Shown here: piece by piece, positions 28,146 to 38,109 of the stretch
Layout of the letters: every line of letters begins with the position of its first letter
How positions within the stretch are numbered: the stretch's first letter is position 1
Source of the DNA: Candidatus Binataceae bacterium
Lineage (GTDB): Bacteria; Desulfobacterota; Binatia; Binatales; Binataceae
NCBI GenBank assembly: GCA_041491005.1
Contig: JBGPUE010000010.1
Coordinates: forward strand, 178-64,177
Direction: 5' to 3'
Length of the DNA stretch: 64,000 nucleotides
Made by a program: the position numbers and the translations under genes
Notes under the pieces: model-generated
The model's database searches: none
Seen by the model: only the letters and a program-made list of their open reading frames with translations
What the model was told of the DNA's origin: nothing

Positions 28146-30722
28146 GTGCCCACCGAAATCGCAGAAGCCCAACCGGATCCCGTGTCGATCGAGGCGTTAT
28201 TCGAGCGCTGTCAAGTCACCGAGGCGGGCCTCTCGAGCGAAGAGGCTTCCCGCCGCCTCGTGCGATACGGCCCGAACGAACCAGTTCCGCTCCGCCGTGG
28301 TACCGCGATCACTCAGTTCATCCGGTTTTGCAGCAATCCGCTGGTCCTGATTCTCCTATCGGCGTGTGCTATTTCGGCCCTGGTCGGCCAGAGAATCGAT
28401 GCCGCGATCATTGCCGCGATGGTGGCAATCAGCATCGCGCTGAATTTCGTCCAGGCGTACCGGTCAGAACGCGCAGTGCTCCGCCTCCGTGAGCAGGTCG
28501 CACCGAGCGCAACCGCTCTGCGCAACGGACGGTACGTTGAGGTGCCCCGCCGCGCGATCGTGCCGGGAGATATCGTGCGGCTTGCCGCCGGCGATCTGGT
28601 ACCCGCTGACGCGCAGCTCATTCAGAGCCGCGATCTTCACCTTCAGCAGGCGGCGCTGACCGGAGAATCGATGCCGGTCGAAAAGTTCGCCATCGGGAGT
28701 GAACCCGTGGCAGACAAGTCGGCGAGCCTGATCTTTCTTGGCAGTTCGGTCGTTAGCGGCAGTGGCACAGCAGTAGTCATCGCCACGGGATCGGCCACGG
28801 CCTTCGGCGGCATCGCGGCCCGGCTGGCGGTCCGGCCGCCTGAGACCGAGTTCGATCGCGGCACGCGACAGTTCGGTTTCCTGATCATGAGGACGGTCTC
28901 TTTCCTCATCCTGTTCATCCTGCTGGTCAACCTGAGCGCGCATCGCAACGCACTCGAATCACTCCTTTTCGCAGTCGCTCTGGCAGTCGGGCTGACCCCT
29001 GAGTTCCTGCCGATGATCACGACGGTGACGCTCTCGATGGGCGCGGTGAGGATGGCGCGCAAGAAGGTGATCGTAAAGCACCTCATCGCGATCGAAGACT
29101 TCGGCAGTATCGATGTGCTGTGCAGCGACAAGACTGGCACGCTTACTACCGGCACGATGTCACTCGATCGTTCGCTCGACCCCTTCGGTCAGCCGTCGGA
29201 TCGTGCTCTATCGCTCGCCTATCTCAATAGCCGCTTCGAAACGGGCATCAAGAGTCCGCTTGATGCCGCGATATTGGCGAATCCGCGCGACGATGCAGAG
29301 CCTTACCAGAAGCTCGACGAAATCCCGTTTGACTTCGAGCGTCGCCGTCTTTCGATCCTGGCCGGAAGGAACGGCGCCCGTCTCCTTGTTACCAAGGGAG
29401 CGCCTGAGAGCGTCATCGGTGTCAGTGCATATTTCGAAGCTGGCGGAACTACGCATCCGCTGGAGGAAGAGCCACGACGCCGATGCGAAAAGACTTTCCG
29501 GGAGCTCAGCGCGCAGGGCTTTCGCGTGCTCGCGGTGGCGTGTCGCCAGATCGAGGGCCGTGATCGACTGGCGACGGACGATGAGCACGATCTCATCCTC
29601 ACCGGATTCCTAACCTTCTTCGATCCTCCAGTCGGAGATGCGTCAGAATCGCTTGCGGCGCTGCGACGGGACGGAGTGCAGGTAAAGATTCTGACCGGTG
29701 ACAATGAGCTGGTCACAAGGCATGTCTGCGAGCAGGTCGGGATAAAGGCTGAGCGGATCGTGCTCGGAGACGAGGTCCAGGGCATGAGCGACTCGGCATT
29801 GGGTCACGTCGCCGAACAGGTGGACGTCTTCGCGCGTGTGTCGCCGGCTCAGAAAAATCGGATCATTCAGGCTCTCAGGCAGCGCAGCCACGTGGTCGGC
29901 TTCCTGGGTGACGGCATCAATGACGCGCCCTCTCTGCACACCGCCGATGTCGGGATCTCAGTGGCCGGAGCTGTCGATGTAGCCAAGGATGCTGCCGATA
30001 TCATTTTGCTGGAGCACAATCTTCAGGTGCTCCACAGCGGCATCATCGAGGGCCGCAAGGCCTTCGGCAATGTTCTGAAGTATTTGCTGATGGGGACCAG
30101 TTCGAATTTCGGCAACATGTTCAGCATGGCGGCTGCGTCGGTCTTTTTACCATTCCTTCCGATGCTGCCGACCCAGATCCTGCTGAACAATTTCCTCTAT
30201 GATCTTGCCCAGGTGACGATTCCCACCGACAATGTCGACCCGCTGTACATCCGCAAGCCTCAACGCTGGGACATCACGATAATCCGCAACTTTATGCTGG
30301 TGATTGGTCCGATCAGTTCTATCTACGACTTCCTGACCTTCTACGTCCTGTTGAAGGTCTTTCACTCTTCCGAGCAGCTGTTTCACACCGGTTGGTTCGT
30401 CGAGTCGCTCGCGACGCAGACTCTGGTGCTTTTCGTGATCCGAACGGCGGGCGTCCCCTGGAGCAGTCTGCCCAGCCGGCCGCTGGCGGCGACGACCGTG
30501 TTGGTCGTCGTGATCGGCGTGTTGCTGCCGTTCTCTCCGCTCGCGCAGGCTTTGGGGTTTGTGCCCCTCCCCGGCCGCTACTTTGTCTTCCTGACAGTAG
30601 CGACGCTGACCTACCTGTGTCTGGTCGAAGTCGCGAAGCGCTGGCTCATGGGGCGGCTGCTGGCCAAGCCGGACCGGCGCGTCGGCCATCGTGTGCGCCG
30701 ACACTCTGGAGCCGTCGCATGA
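28146..30722 (+). CDS. mgtA: Magnesium-translocating P-type ATPase
   Basis: DKTGTLT phosphorylation motif, TGD, GDGINDAP, 858 aa with the MgtA-type N-terminus (LSSEEASRRLVRYGPNE). GTG start with SD GGGAGA. Confidence 0.9.
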   Translation: MPTEIAEAQPDPVSIEALFERCQVTEAGLSSEEASRRLVRYGPNEPVPLRRGTAITQFIRFCSNPLVLILLSACAISALVGQRIDAAIIAAMVAISIALNFVQAYRSERAVLRLREQVAPSATALRNGRYVEVPRRAIVPGDIVRLAAGDLVPADAQLIQSRDLHLQQAALTGESMPVEKFAIGSEPVADKSASLIFLGSSVVSGSGTAVVIATGSATAFGGIAARLAVRPPETEFDRGTRQFGFLIMRTVSFLILFILLVNLSAHRNALESLLFAVALAVGLTPEFLPMITTVTLSMGAVRMARKKVIVKHLIAIEDFGSIDVLCSDKTGTLTTGTMSLDRSLDPFGQPSDRALSLAYLNSRFETGIKSPLDAAILANPRDDAEPYQKLDEIPFDFERRRLSILAGRNGARLLVTKGAPESVIGVSAYFEAGGTTHPLEEEPRRRCEKTFRELSAQGFRVLAVACRQIEGRDRLATDDEHDLILTGFLTFFDPPVGDASESLAALRRDGVQVKILTGDNELVTRHVCEQVGIKAERIVLGDEVQGMSDSALGHVAEQVDVFARVSPAQKNRIIQALRQRSHVVGFLGDGINDAPSLHTADVGISVAGAVDVAKDAADIILLEHNLQVLHSGIIEGRKAFGNVLKYLLMGTSSNFGNMFSMAAASVFLPFLPMLPTQILLNNFLYDLAQVTIPTDNVDPLYIRKPQRWDITIIRNFMLVIGPISSIYDFLTFYVLLKVFHSSEQLFHTGWFVESLATQTLVLFVIRTAGVPWSSLPSRPLAATTVLVVVIGVLLPFSPLAQALGFVPLPGRYFVFLTVATLTYLCLVEVAKRWLMGRLLAKPDRRVGHRVRRHSGAVA

Positions 30723-30782
30723 CGGTGTTACCGATCGGGCCGCTCGAGAAATGACGCAAAGCAGCGGCCAGGATCCGCGGCA

Positions 30783-31940
30783 TCATTGTAGACGAAACCG
30801 CGCGTACTGCTCCGCAGAGCTGTCGAAATCGATGCTCGCGTGCTGTGCGCCAACATTGATGTTTCGGAACGCAGCCTGCAACGCGCTGGGATCGTAGACC
30901 GCATGCGCGCCCGAGCCGGTAAACATCCTAACGACCGCGCGCCGGCATAGCTCCGCGGCGTATGCCGCGTGCCATTTGGCACGCACGCGTCCTTCGGTAC
31001 CGGCGGGATCCGCGCTGCCCATCAGCTGGTCGAATTCGGCGAACGTCTCTTGAAGGAGCAACTCGGCCGACTCGATTTCCGCAGCCGCTTCCGCCAATCG
31101 GACCTGAGTCGGTCCATGTTCGGCCTTCGAGGCGCCGGTCAGGATAACCTTGCGCTCGCGCGTCCGGTTGACGAACTGTTCGAGTGCGAATTTGGCGGAT
31201 CCCAGAACAGCGGTCGCGACCGAAACCGACAGGATGGCCTCCGCGGACAGCCGGTACACCGAGGTCGCGTGATTCTTACTGTGCGGGCTCTCACCGCGAA
31301 ACATGATTCGCGTATCGATCGCGCGATGAGCCGGGACCAGGATGCCGCGGGCTACGACGTCCTTGCTGCCGGTCCCCCGCAGACCCATCACATGCCAGGT
31401 GTCGTCGACCTCGATCTCGTGTCGCGGAACGACCACATGCACCAACGGTCCATGCGTCGACGAGTCCGCACAGCCAAGCATCACCCATTGCGCATTGTCC
31501 ACGCCACTGCAGAACTCCCATCGGCCGTCGACCCGGTAGCCGTCGCCTTCCTGCATCGCCGCGCCCTGCCAAGAGAGAGTTCCTGCGACCAACCCGTCAC
31601 GGCCCGCTCCGAATACTTCGTCCTGGGCGCCTTCCGGGAAAGATCCGAGACACCAGTGATGCGCCTCCATCACCATCAGCACCCACCCGCTCGATGGACA
31701 AGCCTGCGAGATGAGCGTGACAGCGTTCCCCAGTGTTCGGAGATTCATTTCGAAGCCGCCGGTGCGCGCGGGTTGTGAGATGCGAAACATACCGGCGGAG
31801 ATCATCGCCTCCATGCTTTCAGGGATGACACGCCGGGCCGCATCGCAAGCCTGGGCGTTGCGGGCAAGCGTTGGCGAGATAGCTGATACGCGCCGCATTA
31901 TTTCGCCGTGGTCGATCCGCATCTGCTCTTCACTCGGCAT
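30783..31940 (-). CDS. Acyl-CoA dehydrogenase-fold flavoprotein (possibly a flavin-dependent monooxygenase type)
   Basis: ~385 aa with ACAD-like middle beta-domain and C-terminal helical region; divergent N-terminus. Confidence 0.6.
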   Translation of the reverse strand: MPSEEQMRIDHGEIMRRVSAISPTLARNAQACDAARRVIPESMEAMISAGMFRISQPARTGGFEMNLRTLGNAVTLISQACPSSGWVLMVMEAHHWCLGSFPEGAQDEVFGAGRDGLVAGTLSWQGAAMQEGDGYRVDGRWEFCSGVDNAQWVMLGCADSSTHGPLVHVVVPRHEIEVDDTWHVMGLRGTGSKDVVARGILVPAHRAIDTRIMFRGESPHSKNHATSVYRLSAEAILSVSVATAVLGSAKFALEQFVNRTRERKVILTGASKAEHGPTQVRLAEAAAEIESAELLLQETFAEFDQLMGSADPAGTEGRVRAKWHAAYAAELCRRAVVRMFTGSGAHAVYDPSALQAAFRNINVGAQHASIDFDSSAEQYARFRLQ

Positions 31941-32115
31941 CTGCTTGGCAGTTCAACGGATTCTATCGTCGCCGGTTCGTTTGATCGAGCGGCGTTTCAG
32001 AATATCGATTCCGCGAAGTTCTGCGCAGCCGCGCAGCCCGATATTTCGAGCGAGAGTTACCCGATTCGCACACTTTAATGAGTCCTCTTAGAGGAAGGTC
32101 CCCGAAGGGCCGCTT

Positions 32116-33054
32116 CTACGCGTGGACGATTAGATCGGCGAGCGATCGATCGCTATGCAGGCGGTCGATTGCGTCCGCGAGCAGTGGTGCGAGGCTGACG
32201 CGCTGGACCGGGACAACCGCCGGGTCGGGCCCCCTCACGCTGTCGGTATAAAATAGTCGCTTTATGGGTAGTCCGCGCAGGCGCTCGATGGCCGGCCCGA
32301 CGAACAACCCATGGGTGCATACCACCGTGATCTGCGGATCGCATCCCGCCGCGAGCAGGGCGTTGATTGCCGCTTCGATCGTCCCCGCCGTCGTGATCAT
32401 GTCGTCGACGATCAGCGGCGCGAGTCCGCGCACGTCGCCCACCACGCCCCGCGCTTCGACCCGCTCTCCGCTCAGACGGCGCTTGTAGACCACCGCGGTC
32501 GGCGCGTGAAGAGTCCGGGCGTAGCGCTCAGCGAGCTTTACGCCGCCAAGGTCGGGGCTGACGATAACGGTTCGTGACCCGGCTACGGCGCTGATCGCGG
32601 GCACCAGAATCGGCAATGCAGCGAGATGCTCCAGCGGAACGGGAAAGAAACCCTCCAGCGACGTCATATGAAGGTCGACGGCGACGATCCGGCTGACGCC
32701 GACAGTCGCAATCAGATCCGCCGCGATTCGCGCACCGACCGGGCCGCGGCCCGTCGCCCGTCGATCCTGGCGCGCATACCCGAAGTACGGGATGATCGCC
32801 GTCATCCTTTCTGCGCCTGCCCGCCGGCAGGCATCGGCGAGGAAGATTAACTCGAGCAGATGTTCGTCGACGGGCGGCCCCGTAGGCTGCACAAGATAGA
32901 CATCCTGCCCACGCACACTCTGCTCGAGCTCGATGTTGAGCTCGCTGTCGGGAAACCGGCCCACGATGCGCCCCCCCAGCGGGACGCCGAGTCGGTCGGC
33001 GATTGACTCTGCAAGCGGGAGGTTGGCCGATCCGGCAAGGATAGTCAGGTTCAT
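32116..33054 (-). CDS. prs: Ribose-phosphate pyrophosphokinase (PRPP synthetase)
   Basis: MNLTILAGSANLPLAESIA...DVYLVQPTGPPVDEHLLELIFLADACRRAGAERMTAIIPYFGYARQDRR; PRPP-binding loop DLGGVKL...VDDMITTAGT. The start is set at MNLTIL (SD GGAAGAG). Confidence 0.9.
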   Translation of the reverse strand: MNLTILAGSANLPLAESIADRLGVPLGGRIVGRFPDSELNIELEQSVRGQDVYLVQPTGPPVDEHLLELIFLADACRRAGAERMTAIIPYFGYARQDRRATGRGPVGARIAADLIATVGVSRIVAVDLHMTSLEGFFPVPLEHLAALPILVPAISAVAGSRTVIVSPDLGGVKLAERYARTLHAPTAVVYKRRLSGERVEARGVVGDVRGLAPLIVDDMITTAGTIEAAINALLAAGCDPQITVVCTHGLFVGPAIERLRGLPIKRLFYTDSVRGPDPAVVPVQRVSLAPLLADAIDRLHSDRSLADLIVHA

Positions 33055-33191
33055 TGTGCTCTTCCTGCATTCCCGATTCTGCATCGAGAACGTGACGAGC
33101 AATGCTTGCCGCGCCGCGCGGTGACGCTGTCATCGAGCCTAGGCGAGCCAGTGCGGCTGGGCAACTGCACCTCCTCTATCTGAACCGCATG

Positions 33192-33980
33192 CTATTTCGC
33201 CAACGCTTGGCCTTCTTTGGCGGCGCCCGTGCAGCGGAGGGCACACTTGTCGGGGACCGGCCAAAGGCCCGGCGCGTTCGGCTCTATGCGCTCGCCCAGT
33301 GCAATCAGAAAAGGACCTGAAAGTAGATAGCCGGTAGCGAAGAGAAATGCTGCGAGCTGGGGTAAGGCCACTAGAACGCTCAAGGTGACGATCATCGCGA
33401 TCATCGTTGGAAGCGATAGGCGCCGAAGGTTGAGTGATTTGAAGCTCGGATATGGAACGCGTGAAACCATCAGGCCCCCCAAAATCAATGTCAATCCAGC
33501 GATCACTGCACATAGTGTGCGGGGCGCGGTGATCTCGAAGTATTGGTATGCGAGCACGACGCCCGCGACCATTGCGGCGGCAGCGGGAACGGGCAGACCG
33601 ACGAAGCGGCTCTTGTCGACACTACCTGCCTGGATATTGAAGCGCGCGAGGCGCAGCGCCGCACACACGACATAGAGGCCGCAAATCGTCGCGCCCCATA
33701 CACCCAGTGGCTCGAGCGCCCAGGTATAGACGAGCACTGCGGGCGCCACGCCGAAGGCCGTTACATCGGAAAGGCTGTCAAATTCCACTCCAATGGCGCT
33801 GGTGGTGCGCAGGGCGCGAGCTATCGACCCATCGAGCCAGTCGAACACAACCGCGATTTCGGTCATGAGCGCGGCGCGTCCGTAATGACCATGAACGGCG
33901 AAGACCAGCGAGAAGAAACCAATCAAAAGTCCAAGCGAAGTAGTCGCTTCAGGTAGCAGCGCGCTCATAAGCGAGGTCAT
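33192..33980 (-). CDS. CDP-alcohol phosphatidyltransferase (phosphatidylserine-synthase-like)
   Basis: D-G-x2-A-R-x7-G-x3-D-x3-D motif (DWLDGSIARALRTTSAIGVEFDSLSD); multiple TM helices. Confidence 0.75.
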   Translation of the reverse strand: MTSLMSALLPEATTSLGLLIGFFSLVFAVHGHYGRAALMTEIAVVFDWLDGSIARALRTTSAIGVEFDSLSDVTAFGVAPAVLVYTWALEPLGVWGATICGLYVVCAALRLARFNIQAGSVDKSRFVGLPVPAAAAMVAGVVLAYQYFEITAPRTLCAVIAGLTLILGGLMVSRVPYPSFKSLNLRRLSLPTMIAMIVTLSVLVALPQLAAFLFATGYLLSGPFLIALGERIEPNAPGLWPVPDKCALRCTGAAKEGQALAK

Positions 33981-34110
33981 CTCGCTGCGCGCCTCCTGTC
34001 TGGGAGATGCAGGTCGCACGGCGTCCCTTTTACAACCGTCCACAGCCTGATTTCTCCGGTATCTCGAACGATTCCGGTGCGAGAAATCGCGTTTGCAAGG
34101 TTATCGCCGG

Positions 34111-34644
34111 CTAGTCAGCCAACGTGACGGTGCTGGCCTGCGGACCCTTCTCGCCCTCTTCTTCGGCGAAGCGGACATGACTGCCGACTTCGAGACGCTC
34201 GAAGCCGGGCGCCAGCACGCTGTTGCGATGGAAGTAGATCTCGCGACCGTCGGGCGTCTCGAGGAATCCGTAGCCGTCATCGCTGAAGAGCCTCGCGACG
34301 CGCGCCAAGGCCGGCCCTTCGTGGCTCTTAACCGCGCCGCGCACCTCGCGCACGTGGTCTTCAAGCCGCCGCCGGGCCGCGTCGAAGGCCTCGCGGATCG
34401 CCGTCATGAGTTCCTCGTCGGACTGATGGCTAATCGCGAGTTCGCCCCTCGGGACCTTCAGGTCGATTCGAATCTTGAACGGACCGCCCCGGCGGTGATG
34501 GCGCACCGGAGCTTCGACCGCGATGCGGCATCCGCTGATTTGGGGATCAAACTGTTCGAGCTTCGCAGCCCTGCGCCGAAGCTCAGCCTCTTCTGCCTCG
34601 GTCAACTGAAAGTTACGCGCTGTGATTTGAACCGGATATTCCAC
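34111..34644 (-). CDS. Ribosome hibernation factor (HPF/RaiA-like) N-terminal domain fused to a C-terminal cold-shock domain
   Basis: N-terminus MEYPVQITARNFQLTEAEEAELRRRAAKLEQF...FKIRIDLKVPRGELAISHQSDEELMTAIREAFDAARRRLEDH (HPF/YfiA fold pattern). C-terminus DDGYGFLETPDGREIYFHRNSVLAPGFERLEVGSHVRFAEEEGEKGPQASTV (CSD RNP-like GYGFL and FH motifs). Confidence 0.7.
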   Translation of the reverse strand: MEYPVQITARNFQLTEAEEAELRRRAAKLEQFDPQISGCRIAVEAPVRHHRRGGPFKIRIDLKVPRGELAISHQSDEELMTAIREAFDAARRRLEDHVREVRGAVKSHEGPALARVARLFSDDGYGFLETPDGREIYFHRNSVLAPGFERLEVGSHVRFAEEEGEKGPQASTVTLAD

Positions 34645-34877
34645 GTCGTTCCTCTCTTAGCCGAGCTTTCCGCAATCCCTGTGCCACCAGTCACGAACGC
34701 CAGCTTGGCCGAATCGGCGGCCGTTGTGTCACCAAGAGAGACACGCGTGACCCCGTTGGGCGCAAACTTTGAAGTGACGGGCGTGGCGGTTGGCGGCCGA
34801 CCCTTCTGACGCACGATCGGCGTTCACGGCGCACGTCTTGCAAGTTGGCCTGATCGGGCTAGGCTCGTCACAGATCG

Positions 34878-35300
34878 ATGCCCAGCGACGAATTCTACCG
34901 TGAGATCGAGCACACCGGGGATGCGGGTGTCGAGCTCGTCGCCACGTCGCGCGCTGAACTGTTCCGCAGGGCCGCGATCGCGATCGCGCGGCTGATGGTG
35001 GCGCCCGAGGGCGTCCGCCCGATCGAGCGGCGCGAGGTGCGGGTCAGTGCAGTGAGCGATGCCGACCTGATGCACGACCTGCTCGCGGCGTTGCTCAACT
35101 TGTTCCTGGTTGAAGGGTTCATTTGGTGCGATGCGGTGGTGAATGAAGACGGCGATTCAGTGCGCGCGGACGTAGTCGGCGAACGCTATGATCCCGCGCG
35201 CCACGAGCTGCGCACCGAGATCAAAGCCGTGACCTACCATCAGCTGTCGGTCGAGCGCGTGGGAGATCGCTGGCAGGCGCAGGTGATTTTCGACATCTAG
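34878..35300 (+). CDS. Archease (RtcB activator)
   Basis: YREIEHTGDAGVELVA signature; 140 aa; immediately upstream of rtcB. Confidence 0.85.
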   Translation: MPSDEFYREIEHTGDAGVELVATSRAELFRRAAIAIARLMVAPEGVRPIERREVRVSAVSDADLMHDLLAALLNLFLVEGFIWCDAVVNEDGDSVRADVVGERYDPARHELRTEIKAVTYHQLSVERVGDRWQAQVIFDI

Positions 35301-35359
35301 GCTGCCCCGCGCGCAATCGTGCGAAGCGCGGCCGTCGAACGCGTCGGCGGTATCCGGTT

Positions 35360-36796
35360 ATGGAACTCCAGAAGATCAGCGACTTTCTATGGGAAATCCC
35401 GCGCCATGGAGCGATGCGCGTGCCGGGGCGGATTTACGCCAGCCAGCAGATGATCGACGAACTCCGCGATGATCCAGCGCTGACGCAGGTCGCGAACGTC
35501 GCGTGCCTGCCCGGCATCGTCGGCTACTCGCTCGCGATGCCCGATATCCATTGGGGCTACGGATTTCCGATTGGCGGTGTTGCCGCGACCGATGCCGACG
35601 AAGGAGTGATTTCACCCGGCGGTGTCGGCTACGACATCAACTGCGGCGTGCGGCTGATCAAGACCAACCTCGAGTACACGGCCATCGCGGACAAAGTTGA
35701 TCGTCTGGCTGACGCGCTCTTCGATGCTGTGCCCGCGGGCGTTGGCTCCAGCGGCGCGATTCCCGGCCTCGCGACCGACGAGCTCAAACGTCTGCTCGGC
35801 TCCGGCGCCGTATGGGCGATGAACCACGGCTACGCTTCGATGGATGATCTCGAGCACACCGAAGAGAGCGGCCGGCTCGAGATGGCTGACCCATCGGCCG
35901 TCAGCGAGATGGCGCTCAGGCGCGGGCGCATCCAGCTCGGCACACTCGGCTCGGGCAATCACTTCCTCGAATGCGACCGTGTCGATCAGATCTACGACCC
36001 CGACATCGCGCGCGCCTTCGGCCTCGAGCTCGGCCAAGTGACTGTGATTATCCATTCAGGCTCGCGCGGACTGGGCCATCAGATCTGCGACGACCATTTG
36101 CGCGTGATCGGCAAGGCGATGAGCGGTTACGGGATCACTCTACCCGACCGCCAACTCGCCTCGGTGCCGATCCGCTCGCCGGAGGGTCGTGCCTACCTGG
36201 GCGCGATGGCGGCGGCGGCCAACTTCGCCTGGTGCAACCGGCAGATCATGATGCATCTGGCCGAGCGCGCCTTCATGGAGACGCTGGGCACAGGGCCGCG
36301 CGAAGTCGGCTTCTCGTTGCTGTACGACGTTTGCCATAACATCGCCAAGTTCGAGCGCCATGTGGTGGGCGGTGTCGAACGGCGCGTATGTGTGCATCGC
36401 AAAGGTGCAACGCGCGCCTTCGGCCCAGGCCATCCGGCGCTGCCCATCGCCTTTCGAATGATCGGGCAGCCAGTGCTGATCCCCGGTGACATGGGCCGCT
36501 ATTCGTATGTGCTGGTGGGACGCGAACGTGCGATGGCCGAGACCTTCGGTTCGACCTGTCACGGCGCTGGGCGCTTAATGAGCCGCGCCGAAGCCAAGCG
36601 CCGGGCGCGCGGCCGCGACCTACTGGCGGAATTGCGGGAGGCCGGCGTGACGATCAGGTACCAAGGCCGTTCGACAGTCGCGGAGGAAATGCCGGCCGCT
36701 TACAAGGATGTCGCAGACGTGGTCGGAGTGATGGAAGCGGCTGGCGTCAGCAAGCGAGTGGCGCGGCTCAAACCCTTCGCCGTAATAAAGGGTTGA
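35360..36796 (+). CDS. rtcB: RNA 3'-phosphate/2',3'-cyclic-phosphate RNA ligase RtcB
   Basis: DIHWGYGFPIGGVAA, GYDINCG, HSGSRGLGHQ, THNHAGR-like CHGAGR motifs; 478 aa. Confidence 0.9.
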   Translation: MELQKISDFLWEIPRHGAMRVPGRIYASQQMIDELRDDPALTQVANVACLPGIVGYSLAMPDIHWGYGFPIGGVAATDADEGVISPGGVGYDINCGVRLIKTNLEYTAIADKVDRLADALFDAVPAGVGSSGAIPGLATDELKRLLGSGAVWAMNHGYASMDDLEHTEESGRLEMADPSAVSEMALRRGRIQLGTLGSGNHFLECDRVDQIYDPDIARAFGLELGQVTVIIHSGSRGLGHQICDDHLRVIGKAMSGYGITLPDRQLASVPIRSPEGRAYLGAMAAAANFAWCNRQIMMHLAERAFMETLGTGPREVGFSLLYDVCHNIAKFERHVVGGVERRVCVHRKGATRAFGPGHPALPIAFRMIGQPVLIPGDMGRYSYVLVGRERAMAETFGSTCHGAGRLMSRAEAKRRARGRDLLAELREAGVTIRYQGRSTVAEEMPAAYKDVADVVGVMEAAGVSKRVARLKPFAVIKG

Positions 36797-37132
36797 TGCC
36801 GCGTCCATCGGCCTAGCCACCGCTATTGACGTTATTGAGTCCTACGAGTGTGTCAGGCGATGCGCCGAGCGCTCTGGATGCCGTAAGCGTCAGCCGCGTC
36901 GCCGCAGTGCGCGATTACGCGACGCGAATCTGCCTGATTGGCGCTGCTGCATCTAACGGAGTCATTGGTTCCCGGCTGACCCTCCTTACGAAAGCACCCA
37001 TCTCCGACATACTCTGTCTTTCGACATGGCGTTCCAATTCATAAGCAGCGATGGTGCGATTCGCTGGACTTAGACGCGAGCATCGGCGCATCCAGTTGAT
37101 TGTGCGGGGCTGAATACCTCCGCCTGTTTGTG

Positions 37133-37148
37133 CGGCAGGAGAATTGCT
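37133..37148 (+). promoter_or_regulatory. Weak sigma54-type (-24/-12) promoter candidate upstream of usp
   Basis: cGGCAGgagaaTTGCT: GG and GC are at the canonical 10-nt spacing but with 2 mismatches to TGGCAC-N5-TTGC. The resulting leader would be very short (~14 nt). Confidence 0.2.
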
Positions 37149-37172
37149 CAGGGCTCATGCAATAAGTCGGCG

Positions 37173-37583
37173 ATGAGACTGCTGTTCCGAAAGATTCTTT
37201 GTCCTATCGATTTCGACCGCATCGCGATCGGAGCAATCCAACTCGCGCGCGAGCTAGCCGGGCGAGACGGCGGCCTCGTCTACCTCTTGTGCGTCGTCCC
37301 CAAAGACCGGACTCGTCTGAAAGCCGACTTGGAGCAGGTCGCACACAACAGCTTGCGCGGGATTGGCCGCAAATGGTTCGAGGGAAAAGCGCCGTACGAG
37401 ATCCTCGTTCGCGCCGGCCGGCCAGCGCGGGCGGTGCTTGATGCGGCGGAGGAACTCGGCGTTGACGTCGTGGTGATGGCAACTCATGGGCGAACAGGAA
37501 CCAGGCGTGTGCGTCTGGGCAGCGTTACCGAGGAAGTGGTTCGGCAGTCGACACGACCGGTGGTGACAATCAGGCCAACGTAG
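37173..37583 (+). CDS. Universal stress protein (UspA family)
   Basis: MRLLFRKILCPIDFD... aligns with the second Usp (MSKLFNRILCPIAFE); C-terminal ATP-binding motif VVMATHGRTGTRRVRLGSVTEEVVRQSTRPVVTIRP. Confidence 0.8.
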   Translation: MRLLFRKILCPIDFDRIAIGAIQLARELAGRDGGLVYLLCVVPKDRTRLKADLEQVAHNSLRGIGRKWFEGKAPYEILVRAGRPARAVLDAAEELGVDVVVMATHGRTGTRRVRLGSVTEEVVRQSTRPVVTIRPT

Positions 37584-37637
37584 GGCTTGGCCTGCTTCGT
37601 CGATCTTAACGCGCCAAATCGAGGAGGACATCGCACA

Positions 37638-37838
37638 ATGAGCAGATACAATTGGGACGAAATCAACCGCACGGTTGAGGACTTAACCAAGCGTTACAAC
37701 ATCGCAGCGGTCGACAGCGTGACCGTCGGTGGAAATAGCGATGGAGTCGAGTTGACGCTCACCTCGCTGACCCCCGAGCAAGCCGAGCAGATCTTCAGGC
37801 TCATCGGGCTCAAGCAAGTCGAGCTCACAGTGCTCTGA
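37638..37838 (+). CDS. Small hypothetical protein (66 aa)
   Basis: Strong SD GAGGAGGA 7 nt before the ATG; protein-like composition (MSRYNWDEINRTVEDLTKRYNIAAVDSVTVGGNSDGVELTLTSLTPEQAEQIFRLIGLKQVELTVL). No recognised domain. Confidence 0.5.
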   Translation: MSRYNWDEINRTVEDLTKRYNIAAVDSVTVGGNSDGVELTLTSLTPEQAEQIFRLIGLKQVELTVL

Positions 37839-38109
37839 TCGCGCATCAAGCCGCCTCACTCTCTCGTTGACGGTCCGCAATGGTAGTCGTCGCGAAGAGC
37901 ACCCTTGTTCCGACGATACGGCGGAGTCGCGTAGATGCGGCGAGGCTGCTTCGTCCCCCGCTTCGATGCCGGGCCTCACGATGTTTGTGTGGAGCGATCC
38001 GGAGCGCGGCTGGCGCCTTTGGAAACACATCAGAGGGGGCTGGCTTACCGTGGTTCACTGTGGCCTACCCGGAAGCTGAGAATTCAGTGCAACGAATCCA
38101 GGAGTTCGA

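Noticed and set aside
34093-34809. 238-aa plus-strand ORF covering the HPF-CSD gene
   Set aside because: Antisense to a gene with two clear domain signatures; junk composition.
34645-34877. Sigma54 promoter upstream of archease-rtcB (as in E. coli rtcBA)
   Set aside because: The best candidates (TGGCCtgatcgGGCT) have the GG/GC spacing off by one and poor -12 elements. Not convincing. No rtcR-like gene adjacent.
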